Positions 9,900-18,896 of a stretch of 47,402 nucleotides of DNA are shown piece by piece; the stretch's first letter is position 1, and the number at the start of each line of letters is the position of its first letter. The DNA is taken from positions 1 to 47,402 of the forward strand of contig JACOSU010000073.1 in the NCBI GenBank assembly GCA_016178685.1. Direction: 5' to 3'. The notes beneath the pieces are model-generated. The model was not told the DNA's origin, did no database searches, and saw only the letters and a program-made list of their open reading frames with translations. The stretch comes from Candidatus Eiseniibacteriota bacterium. GTDB taxonomy: Bacteria; Eisenbacteria; RBG-16-71-46. The position numbers and the translations under genes were made by a program.

Positions 9900-10908
9900 G
9901 CCGACGCTTCACACTCATCACCCACCGCTCGAGCGCGCTCCTCGGCGCCTCGACCTGAAAGTAATGTCCCAGAGTCGCGCCTAGTTCGCGTTTAAACCGC
10001 GCGATGTTCGGGTAATCTGCGCCGCACAGGTCCCAGAATCGGTGCCCGCGACGCCCCGCTTCAGCGGCGATCTCGAGCATCAACCACGCGCTCACCCCGC
10101 TCGCCAGGTGCGAGCGCCGGCTGCCCGCGACCCACATGAAGGCGCCGGGCGTCCCGGGAACTGAGAGCACGATCTGCGACGAGACTGCCTCGCCCCCGGC
10201 GCTGAGCGCGGTGGCCATCCACGCCAGACCGGCGTCGCGGAGCGACTTCGCCAGCGCGAAGAACGAGGCTCGACTCAGGCTGACCTTGAATCCCTGACGT
10301 TCGCGTGTCTCATCGAGGATGCTCCAGAATTTCTCCAGATCCCACGCGCGATCGAATGTTACGCCGGCCTCGGCGCACTTGCGCACGTGTCTGCGGACCG
10401 AATCGGCGGGACGCCCCGGCGCCGTGAGATCGAGCGTGCAGGTGTAGCGCGGAATCGCGCGCCAACCCTCCCACTGCCAGGCCCGCACATCATCGATCGA
10501 CGGCACCAGCATGAGCGAGGCCAGGCGGTAGCGGCGCGCCAGCGCCCGCGCGAGCGTCCGCCCGGCCTCGAGCCGTTCGCTCTCAGCCGATGAGGATGAT
10601 CCTCCCTCGCTCCCGCGAAAGAGCACGCTGCTGTAGGCGGCGAGGGGGAGTCCCCGATACACGACGCTGCCGAACGCGCGCCGGAACGGAATCGCAAGGC
10701 CCGCGATCCATTCCTGACCCTTCAGGACCACCCAGTGATCGACCGAGGCGCCGACCGTTTCGGCTGCTGAACGAAGCCATGCACGCGTGGCGAATGGATT
10801 GGCCTGGTCGGACCTCGTGACGAAGGCGTCCCAGCGGGCATCGACTTCGGCTGGATCGAGGCACCGGACTTCGAAACGAGAGGGCTCTTCAGCAGACGGC
10901 TCGTTCAT
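9892..10908 (-). CDS. FemAB-like / Acetyltransf_6 GNAT protein
   Basis: WDAFV..S..ANPF, RRHVRKC, WDLCGADYPNIARFKRELGA; start uncertain (10908 or 10977). Confidence 0.7.
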   Translation of the reverse strand: MNEPSAEEPSRFEVRCLDPAEVDARWDAFVTRSDQANPFATRAWLRSAAETVGASVDHWVVLKGQEWIAGLAIPFRRAFGSVVYRGLPLAAYSSVLFRGSEGGSSSSAESERLEAGRTLARALARRYRLASLMLVPSIDDVRAWQWEGWRAIPRYTCTLDLTAPGRPADSVRRHVRKCAEAGVTFDRAWDLEKFWSILDETRERQGFKVSLSRASFFALAKSLRDAGLAWMATALSAGGEAVSSQIVLSVPGTPGAFMWVAGSRRSHLASGVSAWLMLEIAAEAGRRGHRFWDLCGADYPNIARFKRELGATLGHYFQVEAPRSALERWVMSVKRRHA

Positions 10909-11045
10909 GGGCTTCCACGATGGGATGGGAGAGGCTGGGCCGGCGCGCACTGTAGCGAATGCGGCAGCGGGTGTCATCCGCCAGCGGGGTGCGCGCCTGG
11001 TTCCGGGCGTGACATGGAGCGAGCCGGGTCTTATTCTGCACGATC

Positions 11046-12299
11046 GTGAGGCACCTGTTCGTCATTCCGGGCTGGTATCCGCACCGCCCGTGCTATCCGC
11101 TCGAAGGGGATTACATCCGCCAGCAGGCGGAAGCGATCGGCGATCTGCTCGCCGGCGTCGCCGTCACCCTCAGTCTCTGGGATCAGGGTCGGGGTGACGT
11201 GAGCTTCGGGCATCTTCGCAAGTCTCCGCGCTGCGTTCTCGGGGGCCTGGTGCCCCGCCCGATCGAGACCGCGCTGGCGCCGAACGTCATCGAGCAGCGC
11301 ACGCCCGTTCGGGCTTGGAATCCGCGTTTCGCGGGAGGAAACCGCATGGCCATCCTGCGCGCGAATCGAATCAATCTGGAGCGTGCGAGTGCGCGCTGGG
11401 GTCGGCCCGATATTCTTCATGCCCACGTCAGCTATCCAGCGGGTTGGATGGCCATGCAGCTCAGCCGGGAGCAATCGATTCCGTACGTCCTGACCGAGCA
11501 TATGGGACCGTTCCCCCTCTCCTACTTCAAGACCCACGATGGATCCCTCAACCCGCTGCTGCGTGAACCGCTCGCGAACGCGAATGCCACGATTGCGGTG
11601 AGCCCGAGTCTCGCTGACCAGATCGAATCGTTCGGTCTCGACCGCCCGCGCTTCATCCCAAATCTCGTGGATGAGCGAAAGTATCGGGCAGCGCCAGCTC
11701 GCACCGATGAGACCTTCACGTTTCTGACGCTCTCGAAGCTGTCCACGAAGAAGGGGATACTTGATCTGATCGAGGCGATATCGCTGCTGCGAGCACGTCT
11801 CGAGCCGCGCGATTGGGAGCGCGTTCGCTTTCACATCGGGGGCGACGGACCAGCAAATGAGAATAAGAAGCTTAGGGGCGCCGCAGACGAGCGCGGGCTC
11901 GCCCGCTCGATTACCTGGCTGGGGCTGTTGCCGGTCGATCGGGCAAGGGCGGAGTACGAGTCTTGCGACTGCTACGTGCTCGCGAGCCATCATGAGTCGT
12001 TCGGCATCGTGCTGGTCGAGGCGCTGGCGAGCGGGCGCCCCGTGATCGCCACGCGCTGCGGCGGACCCGAAACCATTGTGAACGACAGCAACGGGCTGCT
12101 GGTCGCGATCCAGGATCCCGAAGGACTGTCGAAAGCGCTCGAAACCATGTTGAATCGCGCACGCAGGTATGACCCACAACGGCTGCACGCGGAGTTCATG
12201 GACCGCTACAGCCGGTCGGCGGTGGTGGGAGCGCTGGATTCTGTGTATGAGGAAGTGCTGGCGCGCGAGGCGAGCGCGGCACGCCGAACCCCGTCGTGA
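11046..12299 (+). CDS. Glycosyltransferase family 4 (TuaC-like)
   Basis: IPGWYP, PDILHAHV, YVLTEH, KKGILDLIEA, ESFGIVLVEALASGRPVIATRCGGPE. Confidence 0.9.
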   Translation: MRHLFVIPGWYPHRPCYPLEGDYIRQQAEAIGDLLAGVAVTLSLWDQGRGDVSFGHLRKSPRCVLGGLVPRPIETALAPNVIEQRTPVRAWNPRFAGGNRMAILRANRINLERASARWGRPDILHAHVSYPAGWMAMQLSREQSIPYVLTEHMGPFPLSYFKTHDGSLNPLLREPLANANATIAVSPSLADQIESFGLDRPRFIPNLVDERKYRAAPARTDETFTFLTLSKLSTKKGILDLIEAISLLRARLEPRDWERVRFHIGGDGPANENKKLRGAADERGLARSITWLGLLPVDRARAEYESCDCYVLASHHESFGIVLVEALASGRPVIATRCGGPETIVNDSNGLLVAIQDPEGLSKALETMLNRARRYDPQRLHAEFMDRYSRSAVVGALDSVYEEVLAREASAARRTPS

Positions 12300-13774
12300 G
12301 AGTTGTCTATCGGCTTGATGAGTTCGCGTGGAAACTCTCGGAACCCCGGCATGTGGTCGGCGTCCTCGCCTCCCTTCTGGACTCCCCCTTTCTGCTTCAG
12401 TCCACGAGCGCGCCAGCTCCGCCTGAGAGCGCCGTGGTGTTCGTGGGCGACCCGGCTCATGCACCGGGCGATTGTGCAGCGCTGCTCCCGCTCACCGACT
12501 GGCCGGCCTGGAAACTGACGGACCTCGAGCTGGCGTCGCTCGAGGACGGCGTGCTCCCGTGTCCGCATGGCGATAGCGGATCCGCCTCAACCGAGCGCGC
12601 GCTTCCCGGCGCGTGCCTGCGCTCGCTCGCGTTCCTGCTCCACCGCGAAGAGGAACGCCTCGATACGAGGCGCGACCAATGGGGTTGTTTCAGCGGCTTC
12701 TCGACTCGGCTTGGCGAATGGGGAGTTCTCGACCGGCCGATCGTCAACCAGTGGGCGCTGCAACTTTCGCGACGCGTTCGAGCATGGGCGGAGAGGCGAA
12801 ACCACCGGCTCGCCGAGGTCCCGCGTTGGAAGAATGGAAAGCGCTTCGCGGTTGCGCTCACGCACGATGTGGACTGGGTGCGGCGCTATTCCGTACGCCA
12901 GTCCCTGCGGCTGCTCGGTCAGGCGCGGAAGCCAGGGTCCTATGCGTTCCGACATGGGCTGCGGTCCACCGCCGAAGCAATCGTCCACTTCGCGGATCGG
13001 AGCGATCCTTACTGCACGTTCGACCGGTGGATGAGCGAGGAAGCCGGGCACGGATTTCGCTCGACGTTCCTGTTCTGTCCGCCTCACCCGAAGCCTCGGC
13101 ACGAATATGATCCCACGTACCTTGAGACCGATCGTGTGCAATTCAGGGGTCGGGCGATGACGGTGGCCGGGCTGATGAGGGCGATCGCCGCTGCGGAATG
13201 CGAGGTAGGGCTCCACGCCAGCTACGAGAGTTACGTCCGCAGCGAGGAGTTGTCACGCCAGCGCGAGCAAATCGAGCGCGCGGCTCGCATTCCGATTCGC
13301 GGAGTGCGCCAGCATTTTCTCCGCTTCGATATCGGGCGCACGTGGGAGGCGCAGGAGCGGGCCGGGTTCGCCTACGATTCGACGCTGGGCTACAACGAGG
13401 CGGTGGGATTTCGAGCCGGCGTGGGCGCGCCGTTTCACCCGTGGAATCCGGCGACGCGCGACGAGCGAACGCTGCTCGAGCTCCCGATGACGCTGATGGA
13501 CGGTACACTGTTCCGCACTTTGAAGCTCACCGCGGCCGGAGCGGTGGAGCGAATTCGCGCACACTTCGATGCGATCGAGCAGGTGGGCGGGCTCGCGGTG
13601 TTGCTGTGGCACCCCAACGCCACCGACGAATCTGCCTTCCCGGGATGGTGGGATGCGTACCGTGAGGCGCTTCAGGACCTGGCGGGGCGGGACGCGTGGG
13701 TCGCGCCCGCCGGAGAAATCGCCGCGTGGTGGCTGGAGCGTGGGCGGCAGATGGACAGCGCCTCCTCGCAGTAA
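12296..13774 (+). CDS. Polysaccharide deacetylase family protein (CE4-like, with N-terminal extension)
   Basis: LTHDVD, EVGLHASY, GVRQHFLRF, YDSTLGY, GFRAG, ELPMTLMD, LLWHP; GTGA overlap with the GT4 gene. Confidence 0.8.
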   Translation: MRVVYRLDEFAWKLSEPRHVVGVLASLLDSPFLLQSTSAPAPPESAVVFVGDPAHAPGDCAALLPLTDWPAWKLTDLELASLEDGVLPCPHGDSGSASTERALPGACLRSLAFLLHREEERLDTRRDQWGCFSGFSTRLGEWGVLDRPIVNQWALQLSRRVRAWAERRNHRLAEVPRWKNGKRFAVALTHDVDWVRRYSVRQSLRLLGQARKPGSYAFRHGLRSTAEAIVHFADRSDPYCTFDRWMSEEAGHGFRSTFLFCPPHPKPRHEYDPTYLETDRVQFRGRAMTVAGLMRAIAAAECEVGLHASYESYVRSEELSRQREQIERAARIPIRGVRQHFLRFDIGRTWEAQERAGFAYDSTLGYNEAVGFRAGVGAPFHPWNPATRDERTLLELPMTLMDGTLFRTLKLTAAGAVERIRAHFDAIEQVGGLAVLLWHPNATDESAFPGWWDAYREALQDLAGRDAWVAPAGEIAAWWLERGRQMDSASSQ

Positions 13775-13819
13775 TCGTCCCGGATCACAAGCGGCCGAGC
13801 GCTCGCGGGTTCGCTCATC

Positions 13820-14383
13820 CTACGCCGCCCCTCGCACGGTGCGTCCGAGTCCGTGCCACGCGCGAACCGTGAGCGTGTGATTCGGCTGGAATCCTGCCTT
13901 GATGAGCGCGCGCTGGGACGCCACGTTGCTGGTCTCCGTGAAGCCCCACTTGCCCAGCCACGAGGACTCATTGGCAATCATCGCAAGCACGGCGGAGTAG
14001 ATTCCCCGTCCGCCATAGCTCGAGTGCGTCGCGCAACCCAGAATGAGGCCATCCGGCGCAGGGATGTGGAGCGTGGCCCAGTGATGCCAGAGGTGATACG
14101 CCTCGGGGCCGGGGAGCAGCAGGCTCCGGTGGACTACGATCCCGTCACAGTACGCGAACCACGCGTGATATCCCCTTCTCATCACGCTGTGCAGATACTC
14201 GACGGTGGAATCATCGTCCATCGAATTCGCCTGATCCACATCTTCGACCGAGATTTTTCGAACGGTCACACCCGGGGCCTGAGGGAGATGCGTTCCCCCG
14301 GTCGACCGCCACACGATGATCTTGGCAGTCCCGGAAACCGAAAATCGTCCGAGTTTTCTCCGCATCCAGGGCAGAGGACTCAT
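13820..14383 (-). CDS. GNAT-family N-acetyltransferase
   Basis: CATHSSYGGRGIY acetyl-CoA motif A, NVASQRALIKAGF motif B. Confidence 0.7.
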   Translation of the reverse strand: MSPLPWMRRKLGRFSVSGTAKIIVWRSTGGTHLPQAPGVTVRKISVEDVDQANSMDDDSTVEYLHSVMRRGYHAWFAYCDGIVVHRSLLLPGPEAYHLWHHWATLHIPAPDGLILGCATHSSYGGRGIYSAVLAMIANESSWLGKWGFTETSNVASQRALIKAGFQPNHTLTVRAWHGLGRTVRGAA

Positions 14384-14471
14384 TTCATTCCAACTCGATT
14401 GCGCGAGACTTTCACGTCACCCGCTGGCCTGCTCGCGCCGTGAAGTGCCCCCAGCCGCCAACCCGACCCGA

Positions 14472-15455
14472 TCAGCGGTAGCTGGCCTTGAGCTGCCCCC
14501 AGCTCCTGCGAACGGTCGGCACCGGCGCGTCACCGAATACCTGAACGCGTGCATTATTCCACTCGGCCACGTAGAAGTTTCCGGTGACGGGATCGCGGGC
14601 GATGTCGCTCGGCGTATAGAGCTGCCCGAGCGCACTACCCATCACTCCCCACTTGGTCAGGAACGAACCACCGTCCGTGAACTTCTGGATCCGATTGTTG
14701 CCGGTGTCGCAGACGTACACGTTTCCGGCGTTGTCGGCCTCAATGTTCTCGGCGCCTCCGAATTGCCCGTCCCCCACGCCCGGGCTTCCCCAGCTCGTGA
14801 CGTAGGTTCCGGTGTCCGTGAACTTCTGTACCCGTTTACCGTCGACCTCCCCCGTGTACACGAATCCGAGCGCATCCACCTCGACACCATAGGGTGTGGC
14901 GAACTGGCCGGGTCCGAAACCCCACGAGCCCCACGAGGTGAGAAACGCGTTCGCGGACGAAAACTTGTCGATGCGGTTGTTCCCGGAATCTGCAACATAA
15001 TAATTCCCCGTTGCGTCGAACGCGATGAACACGGGGTAGTAGAATTGCCCCGGCGCGCTTCCGGGGGATCCGACCGTGCCCAAAAACGTTCCGGAGCTAG
15101 TGAAAATTGAAATCACATGGATATGATGGTCCGTGACGTAGATCAGCCCGGCGGGAGAGACGGCGATTCCAGTCGGGTCCGGGATCTGACCGGGGTAGTA
15201 GGCCGAGACATCCCATGACGTCACGAAGGTCCCGTCCTTCTTGAACTTGTTCACGCGCTCGTTGTGTTGATCGGCAACATAAACGAAGCCGTCGGCGCCG
15301 ATCGCGATGCCTGACGGATGGTCCATCTGGCCATCGCCCGCGCCGAGCGTGCCGAACTTGAAGAGTGGTGATGGCGGGGTATCAGAACGCGCGGATCCGG
15401 CGGCGGCCAATGCAAAGCTAAGGCATACGATGAGGATGCGGGCGAGTGGCTTCAT
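14472..15455 (-). CDS. Secreted NHL-repeat six-bladed beta-propeller with C-terminal SWGQLK tail
   Basis: Signal peptide MKPLARILIVCLSFALAAAGSARS; repeats of G.G.GQF..P.GI......VYVAD.GNNRIQKF; ends PVPTVRRSWGQLKASYR; GGAG SD. Confidence 0.85.
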   Translation of the reverse strand: MKPLARILIVCLSFALAAAGSARSDTPPSPLFKFGTLGAGDGQMDHPSGIAIGADGFVYVADQHNERVNKFKKDGTFVTSWDVSAYYPGQIPDPTGIAVSPAGLIYVTDHHIHVISIFTSSGTFLGTVGSPGSAPGQFYYPVFIAFDATGNYYVADSGNNRIDKFSSANAFLTSWGSWGFGPGQFATPYGVEVDALGFVYTGEVDGKRVQKFTDTGTYVTSWGSPGVGDGQFGGAENIEADNAGNVYVCDTGNNRIQKFTDGGSFLTKWGVMGSALGQLYTPSDIARDPVTGNFYVAEWNNARVQVFGDAPVPTVRRSWGQLKASYR

Positions 15456-15587
15456 GGCGGGACTCCGTTTGTGACGAAGCGTGAGATCATCCGCAGCGTC
15501 GGTTGGCATGTTGCCCGATCACCGCCTGAGTGTCTTACCTCTCGTGATCCGATTCAACACGAATTATCCCGCGCGTTCCCGATACCC

Positions 15588-16256
15588 CTACCGGCGCCTC
15601 CCCCCCAGCGGATTGCTCCTTCCGCACCAGGGGCAGGTCCACAGCGGTTTGGTGCGCGGATCGTTCATCCACGAGAATCCGGCCGGCACGCGCGCAAGAG
15701 CGAGCGCCTCGAATCCGCGCGCGGCGAACAGGCCGAATAGCATCTCGAGGTCGAAGCGCTGCTGGTGTTCGATTCGCTTGCGGAATTTCCCGAGCGCGTA
15801 CTTCGCGAAGTAGCCCGCGAAGCGGTAGAGCCAGTCGTCGAACGCCGCGGCGCGCGGCACGGAAACGTAGAGCGTGCCGCCGGTGCGCGTCACGCGCGCG
15901 AGCTCGTCGCAACAAGCCGCGAGCTGGGTGACGTGTTCGAGCACATAATGGCACACCGTGAGGTCGAACGTATCGTCGCGCAGCGGCAGGCGCGCGAGAT
16001 CGCCGCGGAACACCTCGATCCGCGCGCCTCTCGCCGGAGGCCCGGGCGGAAACTTGATGTCGAATCCCGTGATCGAAAGATCGGGCCGCAGCGCGTAATC
16101 CCACGATCCCGGCCCGCAGCCCGCATCCAGCGCGCGCGCGCCCGGCGCCGCGGCGTCGATCAGCTCGTACACGAACAACGGCGGCTGATCCGCGCCCGGG
16201 GCGGGCTTGCGCGCCCAGGGCGTGGCTGGCGCTCTTCCGGCCTCAGCCGCGTTCAC
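15588..16256 (-). CDS. Class I SAM-dependent methyltransferase (Methyltransf_11-like)
   Basis: ALDAGCGPG, GDLARLPLRDDTFD, VLEHV, RVTRTGG; GGAGG SD before the GTG. Confidence 0.8.
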   Translation of the reverse strand: MNAAEAGRAPATPWARKPAPGADQPPLFVYELIDAAAPGARALDAGCGPGSWDYALRPDLSITGFDIKFPPGPPARGARIEVFRGDLARLPLRDDTFDLTVCHYVLEHVTQLAACCDELARVTRTGGTLYVSVPRAAAFDDWLYRFAGYFAKYALGKFRKRIEHQQRFDLEMLFGLFAARGFEALALARVPAGFSWMNDPRTKPLWTCPWCGRSNPLGGRRR

Positions 16257-16296
16257 GATCGCACCTCCCCCGCAGCGCCTTCCTCACCGCCCGCAC

Positions 16297-17205
16297 TCAC
16301 AAACTCGCCTCTCCTGCCGGCCGCCCGCGCAACGCATCCCACAGTGCGCCCGGAATCGCGAGCGCGGCCCGGCTCTGCCCGCGCAAGGCCAGCCACGCGG
16401 CGAGCGCCATCTGCTGCGCGAGAAACGCCGGAAGCCACGTGACGCGCGCCACTCCACGCGCGTGACGCGCGAACATCGTGAAATTCGCGCGCAGGCGCTG
16501 GGTGATCTTCCAGCGGCTCGAATTTCCGGAGCTGGCCGAAACCTTGTGCCACAGTCGCGCGGTCGGCACGAACAGCAACCGGTATCCGGCCGCGCGCGCG
16601 CGCAGGCACCAGTCGGCGTCCTCCGCATAAATGAAATAGCGCTCATCAAGCAGTCCGACTTTTTCCCACACCTCCCGCCACGCAAGCAGGCAGCATCCGG
16701 TCAGGTAACCGGTGGCTTCGACCGCGCGGTACTGCGCTCGATCGCGTGTGCGGAGTCCGCGGTGGGACGCGTGGCCGAGCGCGGGCCACAGGCGGCCCCC
16801 CGCGTACCAGATGCGGCTCGAGGGCGCGGCAAAGTAGATGAGCGGGGCCGCCGCGCCCGCCCCGGGATCCTGCTCCAGCGCCAGCACCAGGTGCTCGATC
16901 ATTCCGGGGTCGGCCTCGGTGTCGTTGTTGAGGAGCAGCATCGCGTCCGCGCCCTGGTCGAGCGCGCGCCGCAGCCCCGCGTTGTTGCCGCCCGCAAAGC
17001 GAAGATTCTCGGGCAGCGCGAGCACTTCCACCTGAGGGTAGGCGGCGCGCAGGGTCTCGGCCGAACCGTCGGCCGAACCGTTGTCCACCACCAGGATCTG
17101 CACGTCCCAGGCGGCCGGCGCGCGGCTCAGCGCCAGCGTGTCGAGCAGCGCGCGCGTGTCGGCGAGGCCGTTCCAGTTGAGCACGATCACCGAGAGCCGC
17201 TTCAT
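16297..17205 (-). CDS. Glycosyltransferase family 2 (WbbL/rhamnosyltransferase-like)
   Basis: VIVLNWNG, VVDNGSADGS, NLRFAGGNN, LLNND, TGCCLL, YAEDADWC. Confidence 0.88.
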   Translation of the reverse strand: MKRLSVIVLNWNGLADTRALLDTLALSRAPAAWDVQILVVDNGSADGSAETLRAAYPQVEVLALPENLRFAGGNNAGLRRALDQGADAMLLLNNDTEADPGMIEHLVLALEQDPGAGAAAPLIYFAAPSSRIWYAGGRLWPALGHASHRGLRTRDRAQYRAVEATGYLTGCCLLAWREVWEKVGLLDERYFIYAEDADWCLRARAAGYRLLFVPTARLWHKVSASSGNSSRWKITQRLRANFTMFARHARGVARVTWLPAFLAQQMALAAWLALRGQSRAALAIPGALWDALRGRPAGEASL

Positions 17206-18896
17206 CCCGCCTCGACTCGCCTCGCGCGCGCCGCGCCCCGCAGCGCCAGCAGGCCTCCGATCAGCAGCGCGAGCGCTGCGGCAGCGAGCGGAGCGAACGG
17301 CAATCCCGCGTAGGCCGCGTATGTCCACCAGAAGTCCAGCGCATGCAGCATCTGGCGCTGGTCCGCATCACTGATCCCGAGCCGGGCGTCCCGTTCGCCC
17401 ACGCCGGTCAGACGCGGAGCGTCGCCCTTCAGATGAAGCGCGACGTTGCGCCCGAGCATGGACCAGTGCGAGAGGATCGGGGTGAAGCGCGGGTTGAAGT
17501 GGCTGCTCTCCATGAAATGGGGATCGTCGAGCGAGCGCGAGTACGGATAGTCGCCCGCCTCGCGCATCTCGGCTCCGAAATAGATCGCGACCCCGCCGAG
17601 CGTGACCAGCAGGCCGGCCACCGCGAGCAAGGATCCCACCACGCGCCGCACGCGCGAGGCGCGATCGAGCGCGAACGCGACGGCGATGAACGCGAGCGGC
17701 AGCAGCGGCACCAGATAGCGAGGCCCGAACGAGCCGTCGCCCGCCCAGTGCTGGAAACGTCCAAAGACGACAAGCGCGAAACCCCACGCGAACAGAATGG
17801 CCCGCGCCGCGCTGCGCCGCGCCGCGACCGCCGCAGGCGCGCTCCGCGCGTCCGGCGCGGCCACGTCGCGAGTGTCGGCCGCCGCCGCGTCGCTCGATGC
17901 GGAACCCGGGCCCCGCGTCATCGCCGCGAGCCCGGCGGGGGCGAGCCACAGAGTGGGCGCGAACCACAGCACACCCTTGCCGGAGGAGAGCAGCAGTCCG
18001 TAGAGCCCGACCCAGAGCGGCGTGGGGAAGGCGGTCGGCGAGGCCTGGGCGCCGTAACCGGTTTCGAACGGAGTTCCGAAGCGAGCAAAGTCGTACGCGG
18101 CGTGCCCGGCGAGCGCGATCGCGATCGCGATCAACGGCCAGCGCCAGCTCGAACGCGGCGCCCCCGCGAGCGGAGAGAGGCACGCGAGCGCGAGCGGCAG
18201 CACGCTGAGCTTGGAGGAGATCGCGATCACCGCTCCGAGCGCGGCGGTGCGCGCGGCCCGCCCATCCCCGGCGCGGGCGCGCGCCGCGCCCGTGAGCGCG
18301 AGCAGCAGGCCCAGCGCTTCGAGCGGCTCGGCCATGAAGCTCTTCGCGTAGACCGCGAGCGGGGTCGTGAAAGCGAGCAGCATCGCGGTGGCGAGAGCCG
18401 ATCCACTCCCCACCCCGAGCGCGCGCGCCGAGCCGTAGAACACGCCGAGCAGGAACGCCGTGACGAGCGCGTTGAAGAACGAGATCATCGCGCGCTCGGC
18501 GAGCGCGCTTTTCGCGGGATCGAGCGGCAGCGCGCGCGAGACGGCCTCGGAGGCCGCCACCAGCGGCAGCGCCAGCACCGCCTGACCGGCCGCGTTCTTG
18601 CTGTGGAACCGGCCGTCGGATCCGCGCAGCGTGGCGCCCTCGGGCACGTCCACGCTGCCGTGAAGCATCGAGCGCGCCACCTCGAGCATGGTGACTTCGT
18701 CGCTGCCGACGACGCGCCCGCCGCCCACCGCGGCGTAAATCAGCAGCGCCCCAAGCGTGAGCGCGCGGGCCGTGCGCGCCGCTCCAGCCGGAATCGAGCC
18801 CGGTGCGCGCGACCCGGCGGCTCCGCCGCCGCTCGTCGCAGTCCCGGGCCGTGCCGCGCCCGCGTCGCGCGACACGGCCGTGCCGCCGCCGCTCAT
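17202..18896 (-). CDS. Multi-pass membrane protein, probable GT-C glycosyltransferase
   Basis: Acidic SDE in the first loop, many TM segments, RFGTPFETGY, GLLLSSGKGVLWFAP, WAGDGSFGPRYLVPLLP. Confidence 0.65.
   Translation of the reverse strand: MSGGGTAVSRDAGAARPGTATSGGGAAGSRAPGSIPAGAARTARALTLGALLIYAAVGGGRVVGSDEVTMLEVARSMLHGSVDVPEGATLRGSDGRFHSKNAAGQAVLALPLVAASEAVSRALPLDPAKSALAERAMISFFNALVTAFLLGVFYGSARALGVGSGSALATAMLLAFTTPLAVYAKSFMAEPLEALGLLLALTGAARARAGDGRAARTAALGAVIAISSKLSVLPLALACLSPLAGAPRSSWRWPLIAIAIALAGHAAYDFARFGTPFETGYGAQASPTAFPTPLWVGLYGLLLSSGKGVLWFAPTLWLAPAGLAAMTRGPGSASSDAAAADTRDVAAPDARSAPAAVAARRSAARAILFAWGFALVVFGRFQHWAGDGSFGPRYLVPLLPLAFIAVAFALDRASRVRRVVGSLLAVAGLLVTLGGVAIYFGAEMREAGDYPYSRSLDDPHFMESSHFNPRFTPILSHWSMLGRNVALHLKGDAPRLTGVGERDARLGISDADQRQMLHALDFWWTYAAYAGLPFAPLAAAALALLIGGLLALRGAARARRVEAG

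Noticed and set aside
14530-15370. Periodic repeats that might be a CRISPR or DNA repeat array
   Set aside because: They are degenerate protein-level NHL repeats within one ORF, with no identical DNA repeats or spacers.
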